Below are positions 31,558 to 41,115 of a stretch of DNA of 64,000 nt, in pieces. A program made the position numbers and the translations under genes. The notes beneath the pieces are model-generated. The model searched no databases. It was not told the DNA's origin and worked only from the letters and a program-made list of their open reading frames with translations. The DNA comes from an uncultured Methylomirabilota bacterium. Lineage in GTDB: Bacteria > Methylomirabilota > Methylomirabilia > Methylomirabilales > 2-02-FULL-66-22. Position 1 is the stretch's first letter; every line of letters begins with the position of its first letter. The DNA lies in the NCBI GenBank assembly GCA_963705305.1, contig OY970067.1, forward strand, positions 5,408,001 to 5,472,000, in the 5' to 3' direction.

Positions 31558-32301
31558 TCAGCCCCGCGTTGCGCGGAAGGCGTCGGCCGCAGCGACCAGC
31601 GCCCTGAACAACGCCAGGTGCTCGGAGTGGTCTTGGTATATCCGCTCGGGGTGCCACTGCACCGCCACCAGGAAGGGGTGGTCGGCTGCCTCGATCCCCT
31701 CCACAATGCCGTCCTCGATGCTCCAGGCGACTGCGCGGAATCCCGGCGCAAGCTCCTTGACCAGTTGATGGTGGGTGCTGGTGACGCGGGACTCTGGAAC
31801 GCCCATGATAGCGCGAAGCCGCGTCCCCGGCTTGATGTGCACGCCGTGGATCGGCGTGCGCCGCGCTTCGCTCGGGGCGGCGTGATGGGAGAGCGTCCCC
31901 GGCCGGCAGGCGATGTCCTGGTAGAGCGTCCCGCCTCCGGCCACATTGAGGAGCTGGAGGCCGCGGCAGATCCCCAGGGTCGGCACCCGCTGTGCCATGG
32001 CTACGCGCGCCAGGTGGATCTCGAAAAGGTCCCGGTCGGGGTCGGGCTCTTGGCAGCGGGGATCCTTCGGCTCGCCGTAGTACGCCGGCGCCACGTCCTC
32101 CCCGCCGCTGAACAGCAATCCGTCCACCGCGCCCAGAATATCGGACAGCACCGCCGGATCGTCATCCGTGATGGGCAGGATGACCGGAAGGCCGCTCGCC
32201 GCCCGGACGGCTCCCGTGTACGTATCCCGGATCGCTTCCCAGCGCTCCAGGCCGTCTTTATCGTTCCGGTGCCAGGAAGTGACGCCGATGCGCGGTCGCA
32301 T
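31558..32301 (-). CDS. Peptidase C26 / gamma-glutamyl-GABA hydrolase family glutamine amidotransferase
   Basis: GLLFSGGED, LGICRGLQ, HHQ, VQWHPE. Confidence 0.9.
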   Translation of the reverse strand: MRPRIGVTSWHRNDKDGLERWEAIRDTYTGAVRAASGLPVILPITDDDPAVLSDILGAVDGLLFSGGEDVAPAYYGEPKDPRCQEPDPDRDLFEIHLARVAMAQRVPTLGICRGLQLLNVAGGGTLYQDIACRPGTLSHHAAPSEARRTPIHGVHIKPGTRLRAIMGVPESRVTSTHHQLVKELAPGFRAVAWSIEDGIVEGIEAADHPFLVAVQWHPERIYQDHSEHLALFRALVAAADAFRATRG

Positions 32302-32435
32302 GGTTTCCCTCGAAAGAACGCTCCGCTTGGCGACGGTTCAGAATGCCGGCAATCCGGAGGCCCTTGAACGGCCGAACGGTCGAGCGTGCGCGATATTCAC
32401 CCCTGCTCTGTCCCAGAAGCCGCACATCGGCCGCA

Positions 32436-34592
32436 TCAGACAGGAGGCAGAGGCGGCTGGGCCGCCTCACCGGCCGCCGCGCGCCGCTCCTGGTCGGCCA
32501 TGACCTGTAGGAACGCCTCTACGACCTTGGGGTCGAACGTCCGGCCGCTGCGCTCCAGGACGTACTCGATCACCTGCGGGTGGTCCATCCCCTGACGATA
32601 CGGGCGGTCGGAGCTCATCGCATCGACCACGTCGGCCACGCTGAAAATGCGGGCCCCCAGATCGATGGCCTCACCCTTCAGCCCGTCGGGATACCCGGCC
32701 CCGTCAAAGGCCTCGTGGTGCTGCAGCACAATGGGCAGCGCCTCGGCAAAGGCGGCAATGGGCTCCAGGATCCGCACTCCTATCCGGGTGTGGTCGCGCA
32801 TGATCCGGGCCTCATCCTCGGTCAGTTTCCCGGGCTTGTCCAGAATTTCCGGAGAGATCCCGATCTTGCCGATGTCGTGGAGCAGCCCTCCGCGACGCAG
32901 CACCTCCAGTTCCTTGATGCCCAGGCCCATGGCCAGGCCGATCTCCAGGGCCAGGTTGGTCACCCGCTCGGAATGACCCGCCGTCCAGGGGGATTTGGCG
33001 TCAATGGTCCGGGCCAGGGCGGTGAGGGTGCCCCAATTGAGCCGCTCCAGCTCGTCCAGCAGCCGGGCGTTGGACAGCCCAACCGCCACCTGATCGGCCA
33101 GCTGCCGGGCATGGGCCAGGTCGTCTTGATCGGGGGTCCGGATATTGAGGTAGCCGAGGATGATCACCGCGGAGATTCGCTGTTCCACAGCCACGGGCAG
33201 GATGGCGCAGGACTGGATGCCCCGGCGCGCATAGGCTAGAAGATAGCTGGGCATCTCCGGCTCTCCCTGAACCACGGTGCAAGGATGGGTGCGCAGGAAC
33301 GCCACATCCCCCGATTTCAGCAGGACCGGCTCCTCCCCCATTGCGCCCGCGGCGCCGCCGCTCCCAGAATAGAGCGTGGCCGCCCCGATCTCGGCCCGGG
33401 CGGGAAGCAGCACGCCGACCTGGTCGCAGGGACAGACGTCCTGCATCCGCGCCAGGATTGTCTCCACGATCTGCCTCACATCGAAAGAGGATAGTACTGC
33501 CTGCGTGATTCCTGTCAGAGCGGCCTGGGCGTGAAACTGCCGCCCCAGGCGCGAGGCCATGGTGTTGAAGGAGGTCGCCAGCTCTTCGAACTCGTCCCCG
33601 CTGTCGACGCTCACCCGGCTGTCGAAATCCCGTGTGGCGATCCGCCGTGTGCCCTCCTGCAATCTTTCCAGAGGGACGAGGCTGCGCCGGATCTGCCTGA
33701 TGCTCAGCAGGGTCACCACCAGAAAGGAGAGGATCACGAGGGGAAGAAAGAGGGCTCTGAAGTAGGCCAGAGGCGCCAGAACGTTTGCCCTCGACTCGCT
33801 GAGCACCACCGTCCACGAGGCCCCGGCGAACCTGGCCGGCATGAAGATCTGCCACGCGCTGGCCATGTAACGCTCTTCGCCATCCCTCCACTCGAACTGC
33901 ACCGCTTTCGAGCGGCTCCTCGTCTGGATGCCCCGCGTTAGTTCGGCAGGAGGAATCGGAATCGTGCACAGCAGAACAAGGTCCGAGGATTGGAGGACGC
34001 ACAGCTCGGTCAGGGGAGGTATCGGATTGTCTTCTCCCCCCCACAAGTAGTTGGAATTGACCTCTCCCAGCAGGATGGTTTCGCCGGTGCCGGCAGGATC
34101 GAGGGTCCTGGCCATGAAGACACGCGTCGGCTCTGGCGGGCGGGCCCGGGTGAATATGGCCGTTCTGCCCGAGCGGAGTTCGCGCCGCTCTTCGGGGGTG
34201 AGGTCCACAGGAGGCCGGATTTGACCCAGGAGGGGATCCGCCGCTCCCGTCCCATCCATCAGGGCCAGGCCGACGAACTGTTGGAGCATATGCTCCTCGA
34301 AGACATGGCCTGCGCGGGCTGTCCGTCCTCGCCGGCCCGGCGCCACGGTCTCCCCGAGGCCCTCCATCTGCGTCTCGAGGAACAGCAGCCGCTCGTGGAT
34401 GGCCATGCCCACTACCTTGCCAGCCTGGTGGAGCTGTTCCCGGGCCTGGTCCTGGAGCTGTCGCGTCACGCTGCCGTAGGACAGGACGGCCAGCGCCGTG
34501 ATGGGAAGAAGGGCGCAGCCTATAAACAGGAGGAAGATCCGCCGGGCCACCTTGCTGCGCAGAAACGCGGCATCGATCCTCACGAGGCGCAC
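32436..34592 (-). CDS. Membrane HAMP/GAF/HD-GYP phosphodiesterase
   Basis: Two TM segments, HAMP (DEFEELA..FN.M), GAF, LLHDIGK, HHE..DGAGYPDG, RPYR. Confidence 0.9.
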   Translation of the reverse strand: MRLVRIDAAFLRSKVARRIFLLFIGCALLPITALAVLSYGSVTRQLQDQAREQLHQAGKVVGMAIHERLLFLETQMEGLGETVAPGRRGRTARAGHVFEEHMLQQFVGLALMDGTGAADPLLGQIRPPVDLTPEERRELRSGRTAIFTRARPPEPTRVFMARTLDPAGTGETILLGEVNSNYLWGGEDNPIPPLTELCVLQSSDLVLLCTIPIPPAELTRGIQTRSRSKAVQFEWRDGEERYMASAWQIFMPARFAGASWTVVLSESRANVLAPLAYFRALFLPLVILSFLVVTLLSIRQIRRSLVPLERLQEGTRRIATRDFDSRVSVDSGDEFEELATSFNTMASRLGRQFHAQAALTGITQAVLSSFDVRQIVETILARMQDVCPCDQVGVLLPARAEIGAATLYSGSGGAAGAMGEEPVLLKSGDVAFLRTHPCTVVQGEPEMPSYLLAYARRGIQSCAILPVAVEQRISAVIILGYLNIRTPDQDDLAHARQLADQVAVGLSNARLLDELERLNWGTLTALARTIDAKSPWTAGHSERVTNLALEIGLAMGLGIKELEVLRRGGLLHDIGKIGISPEILDKPGKLTEDEARIMRDHTRIGVRILEPIAAFAEALPIVLQHHEAFDGAGYPDGLKGEAIDLGARIFSVADVVDAMSSDRPYRQGMDHPQVIEYVLERSGRTFDPKVVEAFLQVMADQERRAAAGEAAQPPLPPV

Positions 34593-34632
34593 CCTCTCCG
34601 AAAAACCACAGGCCAGACCAGCTGTGGCCGTT

Positions 34633-36238
34633 TTAGGCGGTCGCCCGCCGCAGGATCTGCCCGGGCCGGGCCCCGGTGTGCTGCCCGCCCTCCACGGCCG
34701 CGACGCCGTTCACCAGAACCATCTCTATGCCGGCGGGGTACCGGATCGGCTCTTCGTACGTGGCGGTATCGTTCACGCGATCGGGATCGAACAGAACCAC
34801 GTCGGCCTTGCAGCCCGGCCGCAGCCGGCCGCGATCGGCGATCCCCAGCCGGCGGCAGGGATCGGAGGTCATCTTGCGGATGGCGGTGGGAAGATCGAAC
34901 AGTCGCTCGTCGCGGGCGTACCGGCCCAGGATCCTGGCAAAGCTCCCGAAGGTGCGGGGGTGCGGGCGTCCCGTGGAGAGCGGCCCGTAGTGGGCCCGGC
35001 AGCCGGAATCGGAGCCGATCATCACGTAGGGCTTTTGCAGGATCAGCCGCAGGTTGTCTTCGCTCATGACGAAGTAGATGGCGTCCACCTCGGTCTTCTC
35101 GGCATGCAGGAGATCCAGGACGAACTCCAGCGTCTCCTGGCCGGCCAGGCGCGCCGCCGCGTCCACGCGGAGCCCCTGGTAGCGGCGATGCTGCGGCAGT
35201 GTGACCTCGGAGATCATCACCTGGCTCCACGCCCGTCCCTGCGGCCGGTCGCCGATCGCCTCCCGAATCCGGGCGCGCGCGTCTGGGTCCGCCAGGCGGG
35301 CGGTCTGCTCGGCCTTGTCTCCCTCCAGAACCCAGCGCGGCAGCATCGCCTGCAGTCCCGTGTTCGATGCCGTGTAGGGATAGCGATCGGCCGTCACGTC
35401 CACGCCGCGGCGCCGGGCCCCTTCGATCAGATCGAAGGCCCGCTGCAGCTTCCCCCAGTTTCCTTCGCCGGCGGTCTTGAGATGCGAGAATCTCGAGCGG
35501 AGCGTGCGCCGTCTCGGCGGCGGCGATGACCTCCCGGATCGCTTCCAGCAGGCCGTCCTCCTCGCTCCGCATATGGGTGGTCAGGAGGCCCCCTTTTCGC
35601 GCTGCGACAGCGGCCAGCGTCGCCAGCTCGCCGGGCGGCGAGAAACAGGCCGGCGAGTAGATCAGACCCGTCGACAGGCCCAGCGCCCCCTCGTCCATCC
35701 CCCGCTCCAGCGCCCCGATCATGGCCTCCAGCTCTGCCGGGGTGGCGGTCCGATCCGCCCCGCCCATGGCCGACCCGCGCAGGGTGTTGTGGCCGACCAG
35801 CAGGCCGAAGTTGATCGAGATGCCGGAATCCAGGAGGCGCCGGAAGTACTCCCCCACCTCGTGCCAGCCGTGGTCCAGGCCGTACACTTCGCGGACGATC
35901 CTGGACCGGTCCTCCCACCAGGGCCCCCAGATGGGGGCGGCCGCGTACCCGCAGTTTCCCCCGACCTCGCTGGTCACCCCTTGGAGGACGGCGCTCTCGG
36001 CCGTGGGGGTCAGGAGCAGGTGGTAATCGGAGTGGCCGTGGATGTCCACAAAGCCAGGGCAGGCCGCCAGCCCCTGCGCCTGGATGATCCGGCGGGCGGT
36101 CGCCCCTTCGGCCTCCTTGCCCACGGCCAGAATGCGATCCCCGTCGATGGCGATGTCGCCGGCCAGCGGGGGAGTCCCGCTGCCGTCGAAGATGGCGGCC
36201 CCGCGAATCAGGATATCCAGCTTGCCGGAGTGGCTCAC
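34633..36238 (-). pseudogene. N-acyl-D-amino-acid deacylase family amidohydrolase with a 1-bp frameshift at ~35489 (possible sequencing error)
   Basis: PGFVDIHGHSD, GNCG, HMRSE in one frame; removing one base gives EISHLKTAG and continues through D.YPY, GSD and HPRTFG. Confidence 0.85.
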
Positions 36239-36428
36239 GGTCTATGGGTAGCGCTCAACACAACCGGCAACGAACACCGCGCAACCGGTCGGTGGTCGGA
36301 GCGACCGGTTCTCGGTTGTCGGCTGCCGGTTTTTTCTGCCGAAGGAGGATTCTGATCTACCTGTTATCGGTTTCGTGCCTCGGTTTTCCGTTGTCAGTTT
36401 TACATTGTCAGTTCCCAATCCCCTAACC

Positions 36429-37106
36429 TCACGGCTTGGGAATGAGCAGAACCTGCCCTACCTGCAACTTGAGATCGTTGCCGATGAAGTCCCGATTGGC
36501 TTCATAGATCCTCGTCCATTCGTCGGCATTCCCATAGATGTCCGGTCGCGCGGCAATCTTCGGCAGCGTGTCCCTGCGCTTGACCACGTAATGCGAGAAC
36601 GAGGTCAGGGGTGGTGGGGCCTGAGCGGCCGCAGCCTGCTGCTGAAGCCGGTACACTTCCTGCTCTGTTCGGACGGCCCGGTTCTCGGCCTGCGACGCCT
36701 GGACCTGGGCCGCGTGCGCCGCCTCGCCGGCTGCGGCCGCGCTGGATGCCGCACGGGAGGCTTCCTGCCGGGCCGCCTCGGCCACGCCCTGGGTCTTCTC
36801 CAAATCCGCCCGCTGCCTGGCGGTGACCGCCGCCGAAATGGCCGCCGCCTCTGCCAGGGTCGCCCGATGGCCCGCCCGCACGAGGCTCACAACGTTCCCG
36901 GCGGCGAGGAGCGCCTCACTCTGTTTGAGGTTCTGCTCGGCCTGCTGGAACTCTTCGGGGGCGCGCGTTGGGGCGCCCGCGGCGCGCGCAGCTTCCACCG
37001 CGTTCCTGGCCTCGTCAACCCGCTCGGACACCAGCGGCGCGCACGCCGCCAGGGCCAGAATGACCAGGCTGAGGACGCTCAGGATGCGAAATTCTGGTGT
37101 GCGCAT
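36429..37106 (-). CDS. LysM-domain lipoprotein with a DUF4398-like helical region
   Basis: Lipobox LAAC; C-terminal YVVKRRDTL..IA...YG....W..IYEAN. Confidence 0.88.
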   Translation of the reverse strand: MRTPEFRILSVLSLVILALAACAPLVSERVDEARNAVEAARAAGAPTRAPEEFQQAEQNLKQSEALLAAGNVVSLVRAGHRATLAEAAAISAAVTARQRADLEKTQGVAEAARQEASRAASSAAAAGEAAHAAQVQASQAENRAVRTEQEVYRLQQQAAAAQAPPPLTSFSHYVVKRRDTLPKIAARPDIYGNADEWTRIYEANRDFIGNDLKLQVGQVLLIPKP

Positions 37107-37172
37107 GATGACCCTCCTTCCCCGGCAAATCGGCCCTCGGCCGTCTGATTGCAGGCCGCCGGATTCATTCTC

Positions 37173-38402
37173 CTATCCGATGTCCAGGCCTCGGAAGCTG
37201 CGACCGGGCACGATGCACCCCAGCACGCGGCGGCCGGCCGCCCCGGTCACAGCCGGAAGATTGCCTGCCCGGCCGGCGGCTGTCAAGTAGGCCAGCACCG
37301 CAAACGCCACTGCCTCGATGGCGCGGGCGGGGCAGCCCGCTTCTTCGCCCGGAACGATCCCGCAGCCCGGCAGGGATCGGGCCAGCTCCCGCATGAGATA
37401 CCCATTCCTGGCCCCCCCGCCCACGACCACCACCTCGCCGACCGCCGTCGCGGGAAAAACAAACGCCATGAGGTTCTCGGCCACCGAGGCGACCGTGAAG
37501 GCCGCCAGCGTCGCCAGGCCGTCCCGCGGCTCCCGGCCGGCGGCCGCGACACGGGCCCGGACCTCCGCCGCCAGTGCCGGCCCGAAGGCCTCGCGGCCGG
37601 TGGACTTGGGAGGCGGCCGGCGGATGAACGGGTGCCGGAGGAGGTCCTCTAGCAGCCGCGCGTCCACCCGGCCGCTCTCCGCCAGGCGTCCATCCTCGTC
37701 ATAGCCCGCTTCCGACAGGCGGGCCGCCCGCACGAACTCATCCAGCAGGACGTTTCCCGGTCCGGTGTCGAACCCGGTCACTTCGGCCGCGGCGGCCCCG
37801 GCGGGAAGGATCGTGACGTTGGCGATGCCGCCCAGGTTGAGGATCACGCGCCCGCGATCCGGGCGCCCGAACAGCAGGTGGTGCGCCAGCGGCGTCAGCG
37901 GAGCCCCCTCGCCGCCGGCGGCGAGGTCGCGCGGGCGAAAGTCCGCGATGGTCGTGATGCCCGTGCGCTCTGCGATCACCGCTGGCTGGCCGATCTGGAG
38001 GGTGGACCGCACGGCGTGGCGCCCCTCCTGCCGCGGAGCCGGCAGATGGTGGATCGTCTGGCCGTGCGATCCGATCAGGTCCACGCTCTCCAGCGGCAGA
38101 CCGGCCGTACGCGCGATGCCGATGGCGGCCTCGGCGAACAGCTCGCCCAGATAGGCGTTCAGGTGGCAGACCTCCTCCGTGGCGCCCGCGGTCGCCGCGG
38201 CCAGGATGCGCTCCCGCAGGCCCGCCGGAAACGGTGTCGTCTCGAACGCGAGAACGCGGATGGCGGGCCGGTCCCCGACGGGCTCCACCTCGACCAGCGC
38301 CGCATCCACGCCGTCGGCCGAGGTGCCGGACATCAGGCCGATGACCGTGAGGGCGTGAGAGCCGCGGGACGGTCTCGCCGGATCCGTACGCTGACCGATC
38401 AC
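37173..38402 (-). CDS. anmK: Anhydro-N-acetylmuramic acid kinase
   Basis: IGLMSGTSADGVD, GSHGQT, DFR..DLAAGGEGAPL, FDTGPGN, PKSTGRE. Confidence 0.95.
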   Translation of the reverse strand: MIGQRTDPARPSRGSHALTVIGLMSGTSADGVDAALVEVEPVGDRPAIRVLAFETTPFPAGLRERILAAATAGATEEVCHLNAYLGELFAEAAIGIARTAGLPLESVDLIGSHGQTIHHLPAPRQEGRHAVRSTLQIGQPAVIAERTGITTIADFRPRDLAAGGEGAPLTPLAHHLLFGRPDRGRVILNLGGIANVTILPAGAAAAEVTGFDTGPGNVLLDEFVRAARLSEAGYDEDGRLAESGRVDARLLEDLLRHPFIRRPPPKSTGREAFGPALAAEVRARVAAAGREPRDGLATLAAFTVASVAENLMAFVFPATAVGEVVVVGGGARNGYLMRELARSLPGCGIVPGEEAGCPARAIEAVAFAVLAYLTAAGRAGNLPAVTGAAGRRVLGCIVPGRSFRGLDIG

Positions 38403-38805
38403 AACAGACCTCCCCGGGAATTTCGACGAGCCCGTTCAGGATAAGCCGCCGCCCCACGCGGCGGGGGGGAATCACGCGGCACACCATACCATGCGGCCGC
38501 TGATCCGGACAAGCGCCGGAACGGCCGAGCGCAGCGGTGCGCGTTTCCCCGTTTCTCCGTCTCCCGTCTCCCCCTCGCCCCAGCGTTTTTTCGCCTCTGC
38601 GTTCTCTTCCTCGTCTCCCGTCTCCGGTCCCCCGTCTCCCGTAACGTGCGGGTTGCCTGGAACTCCCGATGATCTTGCCGGCGGACGGTCGCGGATGTTT
38701 ACCACGCACCCGGTTGTGGGTATGGTAGGATCGGTGCTGCCGGACTGCGCGACATTGCTAAGTGTTCGATTGCGCAGATTCTATCATTATCCATCGACCG
38801 CATAA

Positions 38806-39007
38806 CTCCCGGCCCCTCGGGCCGACCCGAGACGCTGCGCCCGCGGGTTAGCCGGGTCCGGTCGCCGCGGCCTCATAGGAATCAGGTGGCTTATAGATAG
38901 GCGCTCCGCGGCGCGACGTGCCCCCTTGGGGCAGCGGCGCCGGAGCAAGGCTGACCGGTTGTCGACGAGGCGCTAGGCGTCCGAGGGACGGTCCGGGGGG
39001 CCGGGAG
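38806..39007 (+). ncRNA. Unrecognised structured element, copy A
   Basis: Nested stems. Shares CGGGTCCGGTCGCCGCGG and CGCCGGAGCAAG with 40504-40711, with compensatory changes in the stems. Confidence 0.6.
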
Positions 39008-39086
39008 ATACCACCATAATCCCGGCCAACTCGCGAACTATTGGGGATTGGTGACTGGTCGCCGACCGCTGACCGGAGGAGCCGGC

Positions 39087-39614
39087 ATGCTGGACCATGA
39101 CAGGTACTACTTCACCTACGCCGACATCCACGAAACCATGCGCCGGCTGGCCGAGCAGCTGGAGCAGTCTTCCTTCACGCCGGATGTGATCGTGGCCATC
39201 GGCACCGGCGGCTTCATCCCCGCCCGGATCCTGCGGACCTACATCAAGAAGCCTATTCTCACCGTCGGGCTGGCCTACTACGACGCCGACAACAAGCCCA
39301 CCGGGATCCCCCAGAAAGTGCAGTGGATCGACGAGGTCCAGCAGAAACTGGAGGGGAAGCGCGTCCTCCTCGTGGACGAGGTGGACGACAGCCGCGCAAC
39401 CCTCGAATACTGCCTGCGAGAGCTGCTGGCCAGCCGGCCGCTGGAGGTCGCGGTCATGGTTCTCCACAACAAGCGCAAGCCCAAGCGGGGAAGCCTCCCG
39501 CCGGAGATCCGCCACTACTGGGCCGGCGAAGAGCTGGAGGACCACTGGATCTGCTATCCCTGGGACGCCATCGACATCGCGGCCCACGAGGCCTGGTCCC
39601 GGGGCGAGCGGTAG
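39087..39614 (+). CDS. Type I phosphoribosyltransferase (xanthine/hypoxanthine PRT-like)
   Basis: GGFIPARI, PRPP motif VLLVDEVDDSRATL, W..YPWD. Confidence 0.9.
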   Translation: MLDHDRYYFTYADIHETMRRLAEQLEQSSFTPDVIVAIGTGGFIPARILRTYIKKPILTVGLAYYDADNKPTGIPQKVQWIDEVQQKLEGKRVLLVDEVDDSRATLEYCLRELLASRPLEVAVMVLHNKRKPKRGSLPPEIRHYWAGEELEDHWICYPWDAIDIAAHEAWSRGER

Positions 39615-39706
39615 CGCGCTCGTTCTCCGATTTCACCCTTTCGAATCATCTACTTGCAAATTTCCAGTTCTTTTTCTCTCCCATCCGGCGAAGTTTCCAT
39701 TTTACA

Positions 39707-39724
39707 ACCAAACATATGTTTGGT
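39707..39724. promoter_or_regulatory. Perfect 18-bp palindrome, putative LexA/SOS operator
   Basis: ACCAAACATATGTTTGGT directly after TTTACA (-35-like) and 12 nt before the ATG. Core AAAC-N4-GTTT resembles GAAC-N4-GTTC boxes. Confidence 0.6.
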
Positions 39725-39735
39725 ATTTGTGCTCC

Positions 39736-40491
39736 ATGGCCTGGGTGGGTGCCGTCACCGAAGAGAGAGGTCGTGGTCTCCTGGGCGCCGTGAGCTCTCT
39801 GGCGGAAGGGACCTCGCCGGAACTGGCGAGAGACCGCAAAGGGGTGCGGGCGGGTCTGTCCCTGCTGGCCGGTCCCCCGTTCATCCTGGATTTGGGCACT
39901 ACCCTGGCCGGCCGGGCCGCCCTTGGCGGCCTTATGGTCCTGTACGTGGACGGGGCCAACGCCTTCGACCCCTATATCCTCTCGCGCCTCGCTCGGGAGG
40001 CCGGCCAGCCTCCCGAGCCACTGCTGCGGCGCCTGCACCTCTCCAGGGCCTTCACCTGCCACCAGCTCGAGACCCTCATCGTGGAGCGCCTGCCCGCGGC
40101 CATCCTGCACTACCGCCCGGGCCTGGTGGTGATCTCTGGCTGGAGCCACCTGTTTCACGACGAGAACGTTCCCACGCGCGAGGCGCTCCGCCTGCTCCAG
40201 AACACCGCGCGACGGATCCGGTCGCTCGCCGAGGCCGGCCAGCCGATCCTGGCCACCCATCCCGACGAGCCGGCCACGCCGCGGCTTCAGCCCCTCGGCG
40301 AGATTCTGGCCCGCGCCGCCGACGGCGTCCTTCGTCTGCGCGAGGAGGACGGCCTGATCCTGGCCGTCCAGGAAAAGCCGCCGGACCCGGACGCCCGCTC
40401 GCTGGTCCTTTCGCCGGAAGACTGCCGGCTGTGGATCCACGGCCGCCATTACCAGGAATTGCCGGCGGCGTACCCATGGTCGGGGCGGTGA
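39736..40491 (+). CDS. Inactivated RecA/RadA-like protein
   Basis: VLYVDGANAFDPY and LSRAFTCHQL motifs; no intact Walker A. Confidence 0.75.
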   Translation: MAWVGAVTEERGRGLLGAVSSLAEGTSPELARDRKGVRAGLSLLAGPPFILDLGTTLAGRAALGGLMVLYVDGANAFDPYILSRLAREAGQPPEPLLRRLHLSRAFTCHQLETLIVERLPAAILHYRPGLVVISGWSHLFHDENVPTREALRLLQNTARRIRSLAEAGQPILATHPDEPATPRLQPLGEILARAADGVLRLREEDGLILAVQEKPPDPDARSLVLSPEDCRLWIHGRHYQELPAAYPWSGR

Positions 40492-40503
40492 GGGACGAGC
40501 TTT

Positions 40504-40711
40504 CCGCAATGCCCCCGGGGTCGCCCTGACACGCTGGCCCCGCGGGGACGGTCGGGTCCGGTCGCCGCGGAGACTAAGGTCCCGACGTGATTCCCAGCAT
40601 TGCCCCACGGCGCGGCGTGCCCCATCCCCTCGGGGCAGCGCCGCCGGAGCAAGACCGTCCCGGCAACGTCGGAGGCCAGCAGTAGGAAGGGCGGCCCCGG
40701 GGGCATTGCGG
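40504..40711 (+). ncRNA. Unrecognised structured element, copy B
   Basis: 24-bp closing stem with one G-U; inner stems GCTGGCC/GGCCAGC and GGGACGGTC/GACCGTCCC; core shared with copy A. Confidence 0.6.
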
Positions 40712-40740
40712 TTGTCCTTGGAAGTGATGAAGGAAAAGTC

Positions 40741-41094
40741 ATGGGACGTACCGTCGCGCCGTTCAGCCAGGTCCTGGAGGCCGAGTTCGAGAGCTGGAGC
40801 AAGTTCCGCCGCGCCCTGCGCCGGGAGGACCAGGAGGCCTTCGACCGGCTCTTTGCCGCCGCCAAGTACCACGTGGCCGCCATGGTCTACGCCTCGCGCC
40901 TGACCCCTCTGGAGGCCATCCTCATGGGCATCCTGGTGGAGCACCAGAAGACCATCGGCCGGCTTGCGACCCGGGTCCGGGATCTGGAGGCGGCGGTCCG
41001 GCCCCCGCTTGTGCTGACCACGCCGGATGGGCAGCTGTCAGCGGTCAGTGGTCAGCAGTCAGCCCGTGAACATCCTCCGGTCGTTGATGGCTGA
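40741..41094 (+). CDS. Small helical protein of the family normally encoded with PolB2-type polymerases (arCOG07300-like)
   Basis: MGRTV..F.......W.KFRRALRREDQEAFDRLF..A..H. Confidence 0.75.
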   Translation: MGRTVAPFSQVLEAEFESWSKFRRALRREDQEAFDRLFAAAKYHVAAMVYASRLTPLEAILMGILVEHQKTIGRLATRVRDLEAAVRPPLVLTTPDGQLSAVSGQQSAREHPPVVDG

Positions 41095-41115
41095 TAGCTG
41101 AAGGCTGAACGCCCC

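Noticed and set aside
38806..40711. Elements A/B as RNase P, SRP or glmS RNA (GTCCGG, CCGGAGCAAG, GACGAGG words)
   Set aside because: They lack GAGGAAAGTCC and the 3' P4 strand of RNase P and the GNRA-capped SRP helix; the glmS-like words occur in copy A only.
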